Virus record (IMG/VR): IMGVR_UViG_3300036944_001289
Coordinates: 124,001-188,000 of that record
Length of the DNA stretch: 64,000 nucleotides
Strand: one strand, 5' to 3'
The translations under genes and the position numbers were made by a program. Each line of letters starts with the position of its first letter. The stretch's first letter is position 1. Below the pieces are notes generated by a model. That model worked only from the letters and a program-made list of their open reading frames with translations, was not told the DNA's origin and searched no databases. This document shows positions 39,886 to 50,335 of the stretch, piece by piece.

Positions 39886-41340
39886 TTAGAAGTAAACTGA
39901 CTGATTGCCAGGTGTGAATGCCTGACCGAGTCCGCTTACTATAATAACGTGGTAGTAGAGGTTTGCGCCGAAAATGTTGTCTACAACACCGTAACGGGTT
40001 AATAGACCAACACGTGGTGCAAAGTCGTTCTGACCAATGGTGCGTTGTACCATAACAGGTATGTATGGGCAGTAGATGATACCGGTATCGTAGAATTCTG
40101 GACCCTTGTAGCCAAGTAGTGCATATTCTGGACGATTTGTAGTATCAACGTATTGACCTTCTGTTCTGGTGTCTCTGTAAACCTGGAAACGACCACCAAG
40201 GCTACCTACCTTAGCAACACCGACTGGCTGTGTGTTAACATTGCCTTGAACTGGTACCCATTGGAATTCAGGTAGCATTTCAAGGATTGCGCAAACGCGA
40301 GGTGTTGCAACAATGAAGTTTGCAGCGCCACGACGATTACGTACAGCAATACGGTTAGCTTCGATAATTAGTCTTTGATAGAAGTCACGGTTACGTTCGA
40401 CCAACCAACGGCCATCTGCTGAAGCAGGAGACCAGATAGAATAACCAACGCCAGCACCTGCATTGAGGGCGACTTGGATCATTCTAATAATCATTTCACG
40501 GTCGATTTCGGCCTGAATTTCATAGCTCATAGCGTTTGTTAATTCAGTGTCGATATCAATACCGTTCATGTTCTTGAGGTCTTGCTCAAGCTCTACGGAC
40601 CAGCGGGCGCCTAAGCGTCTTGTACCAGCTTCAACAGCAGTCTTTTCAAATGAAACTTCAAATGTCGGAATGTTTTCCGAGATTTCAAAGCTTGATAGAA
40701 GAGCTGCTACACCGTTATTTTGACCGTTATTAATAAAATTAACGGGCAATGCAGAGCTACCAGAAAGGTAGGCTGCGGATGTACCGGTGTAAGCACTGTT
40801 AAGGTACTGATAGCCTGCTTCCTGACCAGCTGCAGAGGTAAGAATACCAGACTGACCGGCAGGAGCGTTGCCATTAGAACCTAAAGTGCTACCTGTGTAG
40901 CGATAACGAAGAGCGAATGCGAGACCTACTGGACCAGCCATTGGTTGAACGCCGACAATTTCGTTAGAGATAAGCTCTGGGAAAGTACGGCGGATCATGG
41001 GGATCAAGATTTTTGGAAGACGGTAGTCACCAGGTGCGTATGTATCTGTACCAGGTGTACCGGTAGAGTTCCATGAGTTCATACCTGCTGTGCCACCAAC
41101 TGCACCACCGAAACCGGCAGTATTAACTGTACCGGATGGGTTGTAGTTAGGACCAGCTTCGTTAACCATACACCATTGCTCTTGGTTTTCCAATAGCATT
41201 GCTGTATTTAAACGGGTGTGGTTGTCTTCAATCGGAGCAACGTTCTTAGAAGAGTAATCCAAAACTGGACCCCACTTCTCAAGAAGCGCCTTTGCTCTTG
41301 ATTCATTGATATATGCTTGTGTAGGACGAATAGTGTTCAT
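39886..41340 (-). CDS. major capsid protein gp23
   Basis: LLEKW.PVL, TA.LLENQ, VGVQPMAGPVGLAFALR, RRL.ARWSVELEQDLK, EIDRE, YCPYIP, TRYG. Confidence 0.97.
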   Translation of the reverse strand: MNTIRPTQAYINESRAKALLEKWGPVLDYSSKNVAPIEDNHTRLNTAMLLENQEQWCMVNEAGPNYNPSGTVNTAGFGGAVGGTAGMNSWNSTGTPGTDTYAPGDYRLPKILIPMIRRTFPELISNEIVGVQPMAGPVGLAFALRYRYTGSTLGSNGNAPAGQSGILTSAAGQEAGYQYLNSAYTGTSAAYLSGSSALPVNFINNGQNNGVAALLSSFEISENIPTFEVSFEKTAVEAGTRRLGARWSVELEQDLKNMNGIDIDTELTNAMSYEIQAEIDREMIIRMIQVALNAGAGVGYSIWSPASADGRWLVERNRDFYQRLIIEANRIAVRNRRGAANFIVATPRVCAILEMLPEFQWVPVQGNVNTQPVGVAKVGSLGGRFQVYRDTRTEGQYVDTTNRPEYALLGYKGPEFYDTGIIYCPYIPVMVQRTIGQNDFAPRVGLLTRYGVVDNIFGANLYYHVIIVSGLGQAFTPGNQSVYF

Positions 41341-41420
41341 CGATAATTATTTATTCCTTTTTTCTTCGACCCCAGGGTTTTTTACCAGGTAACTCAGGAA
41401 AAAATAGCCTAATTCTTCTC

Positions 41421-42275
41421 TTAGTACTTACCTAATTCTTTTAGGTAAGGAGAAATTTGTTGCACGCCTTCTGTGATCACTTCTTCTGTCTGTTCTGTAA
41501 CAACATGATCAACATCTTGGCGCTCATTTAGTGCTTCTTCTTTCAAGACTTCGAGTCTATCTGTTAATTTCTTATTGAAGAGTTTGACTGTGTAATCAAA
41601 ATTTTCATTTATAAATTCCAGCGATTTGCCAGCCATTACTTTCTTAACGTAATATTTTTCTTGATCGTTAAGTTTGGCGGTTTTTTGTTCTAGAATCAAA
41701 CCAGCTTGTATTTGCTGTAGGGATTCTTTTAACATAGCGTTTTCGCTTTGGATAGACTCAAGCTTTTTAGAAGCTTCATTTATTTGGTTTTTACCATCAA
41801 GCACTGCATCTTTGATAGAATCTCTTTCAAGTGCAGATGTGACAGCTAAAGTGTTTCGTAGTGATTCAAGTAGTTTGGCTGCTTTCTTGTTTTTAACAGC
41901 TTCTTGAATGTCAGCAGCAGGTACTATCTCTTCAAGATAAGCTTCGAGATAGTCACTGATAGATTCAACTAAGGTTTGTTTAAACTTCTTAGCATCTTCA
42001 TTTAGTGTTCTCTCATACTTAGAAACAACCTTCTTAAGTTTGTTTGCTCTATCTAGTTCAATAGCTTCTACTACCTTTTCTAATTTAATTGTATGATCTT
42101 TATCAATAGCTTCGAGTAGTTGCTCGAGCTTCTTAGTATAAAGTTCATCTTGTTCAGCAAGAGCTTTCTCAACATGGAGTTCAACTTTTGCTTTTACCTT
42201 TGATTCAATAGCCTCTTGAATCATTTTTAAAGATTCAGGTGAGAGGTCTTTTAATTGTTCGTTAATATTCTCCAT
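41421..42275 (-). CDS. prohead core scaffold gp22
   Basis: Acidic coiled coil between gp21 and gp23, multiple (L/I)xE sites. Confidence 0.85.
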   Translation of the reverse strand: MENINEQLKDLSPESLKMIQEAIESKVKAKVELHVEKALAEQDELYTKKLEQLLEAIDKDHTIKLEKVVEAIELDRANKLKKVVSKYERTLNEDAKKFKQTLVESISDYLEAYLEEIVPAADIQEAVKNKKAAKLLESLRNTLAVTSALERDSIKDAVLDGKNQINEASKKLESIQSENAMLKESLQQIQAGLILEQKTAKLNDQEKYYVKKVMAGKSLEFINENFDYTVKLFNKKLTDRLEVLKEEALNERQDVDHVVTEQTEEVITEGVQQISPYLKELGKY

Positions 42276-42278
42276 AAA

Positions 42279-42473
42279 TTAGAAAAGTTTTGCGTTATTA
42301 TTATTTATTATTTTTTGCTTTATTTTTTGTTCAATGGCAACTTTTATTGAGTCTTTAGCAGATTTAGGCTTATTACTCAATATATTGTCAATAAAATTAT
42401 GCAAGGACTCTTTAACTACAGAACGCTTACTGTGTTTTTTTACCTTTTCTTTTATCTTATGTTTTTTTCTCAT
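42279..42473 (-). CDS. small basic head-module protein
   Basis: 64 aa between gp21 and gp22. Confidence 0.5.
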   Translation of the reverse strand: MRKKHKIKEKVKKHSKRSVVKESLHNFIDNILSNKPKSAKDSIKVAIEQKIKQKIINNNNAKLF

Positions 42474-42474
42474 A

Positions 42475-43137
42475 TTATAATTTATTTATAAAACTAAGAA
42501 TCGCGCTACGTAGATATTGATCTTTATCGGAGCGAGGTAAAGTTATTAACTTCTTTTCAAAAGTATCATATAATTCTTCATAATGTCCATTCTCTCTCAA
42601 TACATATTGTTTAGATTCGAGAATACCATTAACAAACGCTTTACCGAAACTTGGATCTGCAACGCAATCGATTGCTACTAGTCTAAAATCTTTTACTCTA
42701 TTACAACCGTTTGATTCAGGTATTAATTGCCCTAAAGCTCTAGAACTCATACCAACTTTAACACCGTCGTTAATAAGTGAGCGAACTATAAGACCTGTAG
42801 GTGTTGATAGTACTTTACTTTTACCGTAAAATACATTACCATCTCTTTTTAGTTCTGTAACTAAGTGACAGACTCTAGATAGATCTACGTCAGCTGTGGT
42901 AGGGTGATTAAGTTCACCCATTGCTCTACCAGGCTTAATCATATCATCTTCGTAGCGCTGAACTTCACGGACCATTTCATCGATAGGATATAGACGCTTA
43001 TTTCTATTGACACCCTCTGCCATCATATATGGCCCCTTTATATAGAGTGTTCTAGGTTCATTAGCATTACGCTCTTCAACGATATAAGAAAAATCGTTGT
43101 TATTAGTAGGTGTCTCAACTATTAGTCTAAAACTCAT
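42475..43137 (-). CDS. prohead protease gp21
   Basis: NRNKRLYP, GELNHP, GMSSRALG, DCVADPS. Confidence 0.95.
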   Translation of the reverse strand: MSFRLIVETPTNNNDFSYIVEERNANEPRTLYIKGPYMMAEGVNRNKRLYPIDEMVREVQRYEDDMIKPGRAMGELNHPTTADVDLSRVCHLVTELKRDGNVFYGKSKVLSTPTGLIVRSLINDGVKVGMSSRALGQLIPESNGCNRVKDFRLVAIDCVADPSFGKAFVNGILESKQYVLRENGHYEELYDTFEKKLITLPRSDKDQYLRSAILSFINKL

Positions 43138-43171
43138 TTAATATTATTTATATGATGGTGTATCATATCCA

Positions 43172-43621
43172 TTAAGTTTTTATATTTAATTCTTTTTCTG
43201 TTAGTATAATAAACTCCATATTCTTTCTTTTAGCCCATTCTTTAGCTGCTATCCATTTTGCTTGATTGGTAATCCAGGTAGTTTGTTCGTATAGTATTGT
43301 TTTTTTATGTTTACCTTTTGTAGGTACTGGTTGTACCGTTTGTTTGCTAGGCTTAATTTCTATCAAAAGTTTTTGTTTATTACCGTCTTTATCTTTAAAG
43401 ACAACAAAATTATCTACAAAATATCTGTGAACTTTCTGATCTAAAGGGTTGATATATGGTACAATTATATTTTCACTACCCCATGCTAATATATTAGGAT
43501 TTGTATCAGCCCATCTAAAGAATTTTAACTCCCAACCACTACGATATACAGGATTGTTCTTTCCTAGATATTTTTCTATATTAATCGGTCGGTAAATTCC
43601 TTGCTTATATTTATTGGCCAT
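43172..43621 (-). CDS. head completion nuclease gp4
   Basis: YRSGWE, WGSE, HRYFVD, IEIKP, KW.AAKEW. Confidence 0.95.
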   Translation of the reverse strand: MANKYKQGIYRPINIEKYLGKNNPVYRSGWELKFFRWADTNPNILAWGSENIIVPYINPLDQKVHRYFVDNFVVFKDKDGNKQKLLIEIKPSKQTVQPVPTKGKHKKTILYEQTTWITNQAKWIAAKEWAKRKNMEFIILTEKELNIKT

Positions 43622-43650
43622 AAATTAACTATTTAAAAAGTTAAATGTTT

Positions 43651-44496
43651 TCATTTTACAAACACACCACTATACATCATTGCATTACCCCATTTACTCG
43701 GATATAAAGACACATGTACATGTTTGAGACCATGGCTAATCAAATTAGCAGTAGTGTAGTTAGCATTTTTAACTTGTAGTAGGTTGTTCTTAATATTTTT
43801 ACCTATGTTTATGTTAAACTCATCTATATATGCGTCTTCCGGTAACTCATAGAAATTAGCATCATCTGGTTCAGTAGTGTTTATTGTATCACTCTCATCA
43901 TACTTAGACCTATTAATTCTGGTATCTATATAAGACTTAGATCTAATTAGATTAGTGAATGTAACATGAATAAATCCATTAGGTGTAAGATTATTGAATA
44001 CATGTGCTATCGCATCTATAGCCTCTGGTATTGCTGTAGTAGTAGTATCATAATCGACTATATCGAATAATATTGGTTTGTCTACAATATTATTATCAAC
44101 AACATTGATGAATTTTTGCGGTTGTTGTAATACATTTTCAAACTTAACAATTTTTCTTTTTGTAAAAGGCACATACACACTTAATTTATTATTAGATGCA
44201 TCTCTAATAAATCTTCGACCTTGTTCAAAAGCTTTAGTAGGGGTATAATCGACACCATATATCTCTATGGTTGGATTAGGTAGATTTGATATTATTTTAC
44301 GTTCAAAATCATAGGTATCTGGGAGAGATGCTATTCTAACCACTGGCTGTGCATTTAATTTATCAAACACCCCAAGTCTAGATAATATAGATATATAATT
44401 TTCTCTATCTTTAAGTTTGTTCTCGATAGAGAACCCAGTATGATACTCCTCTCTACGTTTACGTTCAATTAAAAAATAGTCCTTAAATGTTATCAT
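43651..44496 (-). CDS. SAM-methyltransferase-like protein with capsid-targeting leader
   Basis: MITFKDYFLIE; RIASLP, EIYGVD, FDIVDYD, LTPNGFIHVTF in Rossmann MTase strand order. Confidence 0.45.
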   Translation of the reverse strand: MITFKDYFLIERKRREEYHTGFSIENKLKDRENYISILSRLGVFDKLNAQPVVRIASLPDTYDFERKIISNLPNPTIEIYGVDYTPTKAFEQGRRFIRDASNNKLSVYVPFTKRKIVKFENVLQQPQKFINVVDNNIVDKPILFDIVDYDTTTTAIPEAIDAIAHVFNNLTPNGFIHVTFTNLIRSKSYIDTRINRSKYDESDTINTTEPDDANFYELPEDAYIDEFNINIGKNIKNNLLQVKNANYTTANLISHGLKHVHVSLYPSKWGNAMMYSGVFVK

Positions 44497-44517
44497 TATT
44501 ATTATGTGACCTAGTCC

Positions 44518-45666
44518 CTAGCCGACAAAGAATAGAGGAGGTTCATTATCACCAAGCCCGGGTGTAGCACCGGTATATAGTTGCTCTTCGAGTTTTTCCT
44601 TCTCAGCAAGACCTTCCGATAACATGTCTGCATTTACAGATCCACCACCGAATAATGTAGTACCTTGGTACTTACCACGCACTCTTGCAAGTACTATTTT
44701 TGTTAATGCAAGAGAATATTGATATACCCACTGCTCTTGTATTACATCTCTTAAAGGCTTTTCAACATAACAGCTTATAACACCATAATATTGTGAAGTG
44801 CTTTCACCAGCTTTTGGTTGAGGATATATTCTCATTAACTGAGTTCTTTCATTAAAGTCGTATGAAGGTTTAATTGCCAGTAACTTCTCTCTATTGTTTA
44901 ACCAGTCCTTTAATACATACCAGCTTATTAAATCAAAGCCGTAATTACCCATCGCATAACTGAAATAGGTTTGTTGTGCTAATGTTTGTTCAATTGTAAA
45001 CAGCGTATTAATACCTGTTGTAGATCCTTGTTCAAAGTCTGTAATAGCGATTACTTTACGATAATCCATTACGTCATAATCAAAAGAGTTATTATATTTT
45101 GTAGATGATACTGGTGTACCTAATTGTGTTATCTGTCTTTGAGATGTTTGTGTAAAATTAGCTGATAGAGATGAATTAAAAGCAGTAATTTGACTATATA
45201 TTGTTGTATCAAATATTTCATTTACAAATAGACCACCACTTAGTGCTGCAGATAAACTTGTAGATGTATTAAAGTAACCTGAATTTGTTGCTGTATTTAC
45301 TACGTATGCAACAGTTTGCTGTGGTACGTAATTTGTATATTGAGGGTTAGAAGTTTTACCTTTTGTCTGATCTAACACACTTGCATCGTTTAATGTTACT
45401 AAAGAGTCTAGTCTAATACCAACATCTTTCTCATAAAGGTTACTATTGAATAATATATACTCTCTGGTATAACCGGCAAATTTAGTAAACATTTCACAAG
45501 CTATGCTAATATTTTCATATAACTGGTCTCTATGAACCTCTACATTTATAAATGGGTAACCAAGGCTTCTAAGAATTCTTTCTGATAATCTATTAAAAGA
45601 AGTTATCTTGTTTGAAAGATTAGTACTTTGAAAAGCAGAGATGGGTGTTATATCGCACTGTGACAT
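44518..45666 (-). CDS. neck protein gp13
   Basis: RSLGYPFINVE, WVYQYSLAL.K..L, KYQGTTLFGG, PPLFFVG. Confidence 0.85.
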   Translation of the reverse strand: MSQCDITPISAFQSTNLSNKITSFNRLSERILRSLGYPFINVEVHRDQLYENISIACEMFTKFAGYTREYILFNSNLYEKDVGIRLDSLVTLNDASVLDQTKGKTSNPQYTNYVPQQTVAYVVNTATNSGYFNTSTSLSAALSGGLFVNEIFDTTIYSQITAFNSSLSANFTQTSQRQITQLGTPVSSTKYNNSFDYDVMDYRKVIAITDFEQGSTTGINTLFTIEQTLAQQTYFSYAMGNYGFDLISWYVLKDWLNNREKLLAIKPSYDFNERTQLMRIYPQPKAGESTSQYYGVISCYVEKPLRDVIQEQWVYQYSLALTKIVLARVRGKYQGTTLFGGGSVNADMLSEGLAEKEKLEEQLYTGATPGLGDNEPPLFFVG

Positions 45667-45705
45667 ATAGTTATTTATTAAGAGTCTATGATGTCAATGT
45701 TTTCG

Positions 45706-47475
45706 TTATTGTGGTGCGGGTGTTTCAGCTGGTGCTGCTTCTGCACCACCAGTTTCAACTGGAGCTTCTCCACCTACTTCAGCGGGACCTCCACCAAACT
45801 CCGGTGGTGAACCTGCTGGTGATTGTTGCTCACCCGCACCACCTATTTCACTACCTGCTGCTGCTTGATTTTGTTGACTCATTGTCTGTAGTTGATCTCT
45901 CCAATTTGGACCAGCATTTGTAATATTATTAAGCTCCCACTCAAGCTCTTTATCCTTACGGAGGAATTCACGATTTGCCTTAATGTCAATATCACTCCAA
46001 CCAAGAATTTTCTTTTGTAAATATGTAGGAGAGATAGTAGGATTGCTCGCAAGGGTATTAAAGTTATTTGTTTTAAGTTCTAATTTTTGGCTCTCTCTTA
46101 ACTCATAAAAGTTAGTAGGTACATTAAATTCTAATGATATATGCTGTTCTTTAATGTCGTATTTTTCTACTAGACCTTTAAGATTTAAGTGTGTTAAAAA
46201 TCCATTTTTTAATGCACCTGCAAATTGTTGTTGTAAGCGAATAATAAACTTAGCAAACTTGAGCTCTTCTCTTAAAATTTCTGCACCATCTTTGAAAGTA
46301 CTCTCAGAGTTAAGTCTATTAGTAGGTACTTTTAATGATTTGTAAAGTTTGTTTACAAAGTACATTAAGTCTGTTAGCTCACCAAGATTTGCACCACCAG
46401 CTAATTGTGTAACAGATGTGCCTTCGCTACCTTGTCTTTTTGCAAACCAAAAAGAGTCCAACATTGATTGTGGATTAAATTTCTGAACTATACCAGATTG
46501 ATTGACGTCGAAAGTCTTCTTGCTCCAGTACTCTTGAATTAATTTACGTAAATAAGCTTCAGCTTTTGGTGGTGGCATGTTACCAACATCAACATTAAAT
46601 ACTAGACGTTCAGGAGCTCTTACCAATCTATATATTACTATAGAGTCTTCTATAAGAGATAACTGTCTGTAAGCTCTTCTTGAATTTTCAATAAACGGTA
46701 ATCTAAAAGATTTATCTTGATTCCATATGCCAGAATTAATATATGTAACCTGGTTTTTATCCATAGGGATAAACTCATACTTAATTACTTTATTAGGCTT
46801 AGCAGGATCAAAAATAGGCTTTCTTAGAATATAACCTTTAATAATCATATTCTGAATATTATCAAAAATAGGATCGATTAACTCCGTAGGCAACTGTACC
46901 ACGCCAAGTATACCTTCTTCTGGAAACTTTTTATGAACTACATGTTCAAAGTAAACTTCACCCTCCACTATTAACTGTCTAAAATATTCCCAGCCTTTTC
47001 TTTCAAGATTAAAATATTCTACGTATTTTTGAAACTCTTTAATTATCTGTTCCTTATCTATATCTTTTAAGTCAATATTTTTAAATTGTAACTTAACAAT
47101 ATCACCTGCTTGATCTTTATTGATTGTTTCATCACAAATCTCATCTAAACAATCAGATATTTCAGAGAATGCCGCCATCACTCTGTAATCCATTATTCTC
47201 GCACCCTTATCAGCCTGTATATTGGCATATACCATATCATTGTATATGCCACCTTTTGCTATAGAACCAGATGGTGTGTTATTATAATCATTATCAAAAA
47301 ATACGCTATTACGAGCTAAAGCTTCGGAACGTTTAGACCCTGTGTCCTGGAATATTTGATACTTAGGATTTATCTGATTTAAGTATCCATTTAGATCAAG
47401 AGTTTGGTATGGTAACTTATTTACAAGGTTTTTAAAGAAACCACCGGATACTGTATTTTTATCGTCTGCAGCCAT
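45706..47475 (-). CDS. portal protein gp20
   Basis: RQLSLIEDSIVIYRLVRAPERLVFNVDVGNMPPPKAEAY, GEILREELKFAKFI.RLQ. Confidence 0.97.
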   Translation of the reverse strand: MAADDKNTVSGGFFKNLVNKLPYQTLDLNGYLNQINPKYQIFQDTGSKRSEALARNSVFFDNDYNNTPSGSIAKGGIYNDMVYANIQADKGARIMDYRVMAAFSEISDCLDEICDETINKDQAGDIVKLQFKNIDLKDIDKEQIIKEFQKYVEYFNLERKGWEYFRQLIVEGEVYFEHVVHKKFPEEGILGVVQLPTELIDPIFDNIQNMIIKGYILRKPIFDPAKPNKVIKYEFIPMDKNQVTYINSGIWNQDKSFRLPFIENSRRAYRQLSLIEDSIVIYRLVRAPERLVFNVDVGNMPPPKAEAYLRKLIQEYWSKKTFDVNQSGIVQKFNPQSMLDSFWFAKRQGSEGTSVTQLAGGANLGELTDLMYFVNKLYKSLKVPTNRLNSESTFKDGAEILREELKFAKFIIRLQQQFAGALKNGFLTHLNLKGLVEKYDIKEQHISLEFNVPTNFYELRESQKLELKTNNFNTLASNPTISPTYLQKKILGWSDIDIKANREFLRKDKELEWELNNITNAGPNWRDQLQTMSQQNQAAAGSEIGGAGEQQSPAGSPPEFGGGPAEVGGEAPVETGGAEAAPAETPAPQ

Positions 47476-47539
47476 TTTAAATATTTAATATAAAAAATAG
47501 ATTTATCAATTATAATAAATCTATAGATTTTAATTTATA

Positions 47540-49792
47540 TTAAGTATATAAACCACCCGTTGCTGCTACACCAAGAGCATTACCAAGTAAATAATTACTG
47601 GCACCACCATTTGTATAAATTAATGAATTATTCCATACATTATAATATTTACCTGAATAAACAGCGACACCAGAAAAGGTAGGTCTAGTTCCAAATGTTG
47701 GTGTAAGGTTAATTGTAGCAAGGTTACGTGCAACAGCAAAAGCATCTGTTAATGTCAAATTACCAGCACCATAAGCCAAATTAGACCCTGGATTAACACG
47801 TATATATCCATTGTTTTCAGCTAACATATGTGCATAAATTTGCGAACCACTTACGACACTTATATTCCAACTAGCATTTACCCATATTTCACCACCTTCT
47901 GTAGCATACAGATGAATTAACGCAGAATTACTACCTATAAACGTTATACCTGTACCTATTAACAATCTTGCTGTAGATCTTGCACAAGATGCAAATGTAA
48001 CTAATAAGTTTGATATACTTACCTGACCTCTACCTATACGAAATGGATTAGTATTATTTCCTAGTGTAACTGTACCGACACCAATACCACTTAGTGTCGT
48101 TAAATTAACATTCGTTGGTCCAAGAAGAAGATTACTAGATATTTCATATGTACCTGGTTTTAATAATATTGTTGGTGATACTGATGTTTGTATAGCTAAA
48201 CCACCAATGTAGTCAAATGCTTTTTGAACAGTTAAAAAAGGATTATCATCAGTACCGGTACCTGATAAATTACTACCTGTAGTTGAAACGTATAGTGTAA
48301 AATTAGTATCTATAGCGTTAGCTGTATTGACAGTTACATCTATATTTTGAGAACCAGCATCGGTAGCAGATATAGTTGTACCAACAAAATTAATACCAGT
48401 AACACCTACAACAACGGTAGTACCTTCATCCTTTATTGTTAACGATGATACAGCAAGGTTAGGATTAAAACTACTTAGAGTATTTAATACTATTTTCTCT
48501 GCAGATGTTATTAAACCTTTTGTTGAGGTAGTAGCTAGATCAAGCATCGAAGTTACTTGTGTAGGTGTTAAATCCTCAACATTACCGGTACCTGCTGTTA
48601 TTCTACCTTTAATGACATTAGTTGATACTTGCGATAATTTAGTATTACCAATTACACCGCTATCAACAGTCCAAGATGTACCGCTACCTGATACAGTTAT
48701 ATCACCTTTATCACCGTCAGTAAGACTGCCTGAAACACTTACTGTAATATTACCTGGTGAAGATAATGATGATTGAACACTTGCACCAATAAAATTAATA
48801 GATGATACAGATGTGGATATAGTAATACCTTCATCTTTTACGGTTAAAGATGGTGAGATGATATTGGGGTTGAAACTACTTAGAGTATTTAATACTATTT
48901 TCTCTGCAGATGTTATTAAACCTTTTGAAGACGTAGTAGCTAGATCAAGCATTAAAGTTGCTTGTGTAGTCGTTAAGTCTTCTAGATTACCTGTACCTGC
49001 TGTTGTTCTACCTTTAAAAACACCTGAAGATACTTGTGATAATTTAGCGTTACTAACTACATTAGAATCAATTGTCCAAGATGTACCTGAGCCAGATACA
49101 GTTATATCACCTTTATCGCCATCGGTAATTGCTCCAGAAACACTTACTATAATATTACTCGGTGATGATAATGATGATTGAACGCTTGCACCAATAAAGT
49201 TAATCGATGTTACAGAAGTTGATACAGTAGTACCTTCATCCTTTATTGTTAACGATGATACAGCAAGGTTAGGATTGAAACTACTTAGAGTATTTAATAC
49301 TATTTTCTCTGCAGATGTTATTAAACCTTTTGTGGAGGTAGTGGCTAAATCAAGCATTGAAGTTATCTGTGCTGTAGTTAGGTCTTGTACATCGCCCATA
49401 CCAGTTGATATTCTACCTTTAATAGTATTAGCAGATATAGTAGCTAATTTTGTATTTGTTACTGCATTAGAATCAATAGTCCAGGTAGCTCCTGAACTAG
49501 ACACGGTTATATCGCCTTTATCACCATCTGTAATTGATCCAGAAACACTTACAGTTATATTACCAGGAGAAGAGATAGATGCTTGTACTGTAGCTCCGAC
49601 AAAATTAATTGATGATACAGTAGTTGAAACTGTTGTACCTTCGTCTTTTATAGTTAAAACTTGTGGTATAGAAGACTTTATATCTGAAAATGTAATTTTA
49701 TTAACAACACCATCTGTGGTAGATATAGGAATAATATCACTATCACTTGGAGTTGTAATAGAAGATAAATCAATAAACTGTTTGTATTTCAT
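47540..49792 (-). CDS. long tail-fibre-like protein with three 135-aa repeats
   Basis: Repeated TIKDEG...ITDGDKGDITVS...LDLATT..KGL; C-terminal YVSTTG...PF.TVQKA beta-helix-type domain. Confidence 0.75.
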   Translation of the reverse strand: MKYKQFIDLSSITTPSDSDIIPISTTDGVVNKITFSDIKSSIPQVLTIKDEGTTVSTTVSSINFVGATVQASISSPGNITVSVSGSITDGDKGDITVSSSGATWTIDSNAVTNTKLATISANTIKGRISTGMGDVQDLTTAQITSMLDLATTSTKGLITSAEKIVLNTLSSFNPNLAVSSLTIKDEGTTVSTSVTSINFIGASVQSSLSSPSNIIVSVSGAITDGDKGDITVSGSGTSWTIDSNVVSNAKLSQVSSGVFKGRTTAGTGNLEDLTTTQATLMLDLATTSSKGLITSAEKIVLNTLSSFNPNIISPSLTVKDEGITISTSVSSINFIGASVQSSLSSPGNITVSVSGSLTDGDKGDITVSGSGTSWTVDSGVIGNTKLSQVSTNVIKGRITAGTGNVEDLTPTQVTSMLDLATTSTKGLITSAEKIVLNTLSSFNPNLAVSSLTIKDEGTTVVVGVTGINFVGTTISATDAGSQNIDVTVNTANAIDTNFTLYVSTTGSNLSGTGTDDNPFLTVQKAFDYIGGLAIQTSVSPTILLKPGTYEISSNLLLGPTNVNLTTLSGIGVGTVTLGNNTNPFRIGRGQVSISNLLVTFASCARSTARLLIGTGITFIGSNSALIHLYATEGGEIWVNASWNISVVSGSQIYAHMLAENNGYIRVNPGSNLAYGAGNLTLTDAFAVARNLATINLTPTFGTRPTFSGVAVYSGKYYNVWNNSLIYTNGGASNYLLGNALGVAATGGLYT
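48468..49332 (-). repeat. 405-bp period tandem repeat inside the fibre gene
   Basis: Identical ~55-bp block at 48468, 48873 and 49278. Confidence 0.9.
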
Positions 49793-49801
49793 TGTTATTA
49801 T

Positions 49802-50335
49802 TTATATAAGATAAATAGCGCTTGTGCTATCTACAAAAACATTATTATCGTTATCTACACATATGCTTAATAAAGACTCTGGCGTTAGGAATAACGATCT
49901 ACCATCTGGTCTTCTATATGTAAAAGATGATACGGGTCTAATATAGGTTATTATTAATGGTGTTGTTACAGATATTACAGTACTATTTGAAGATAAATAT
50001 GGTGAAAATAACGTTTTAGAGCTCTCTGAGTACCCAGCAACATTATATGGTATGAATTGTATATCACAATCACCTATTAATCTAGGTACATTTATTAAAA
50101 TATTATTTTTGTCTATAACAGTATAATCAACTAAAGAACCTGTAATAGGCTGCTGTCTTTTGAATATGTTTATACTAGTTAGTGATGGTAAAGAAAATGT
50201 ATCGTTACTCGATAACATAACATTTAAAAGCTTATCAAAATTATATCCCTGTAAACCTACAACACTTAAATTATTTGTGTTTGTGGTTAACGTATCGTAT
50301 AATTTTATACCATCGACTGTAATGCTGGTTATCAT
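49802..50335 (-). CDS. structural protein downstream of gp15
   Basis: Start re-called at ATG 50335 (ATGA overlap with gp15 stop); Ig-like T/S/N-rich sequence. Confidence 0.55.
   Translation of the reverse strand: MITSITVDGIKLYDTLTTNTNNLSVVGLQGYNFDKLLNVMLSSNDTFSLPSLTSINIFKRQQPITGSLVDYTVIDKNNILINVPRLIGDCDIQFIPYNVAGYSESSKTLFSPYLSSNSTVISVTTPLIITYIRPVSSFTYRRPDGRSLFLTPESLLSICVDNDNNVFVDSTSAIYLI

Noticed and set aside
41341-41420. Structured RNA leader of gp23
   Set aside because: GC-rich, but no convincing stem could be paired by eye
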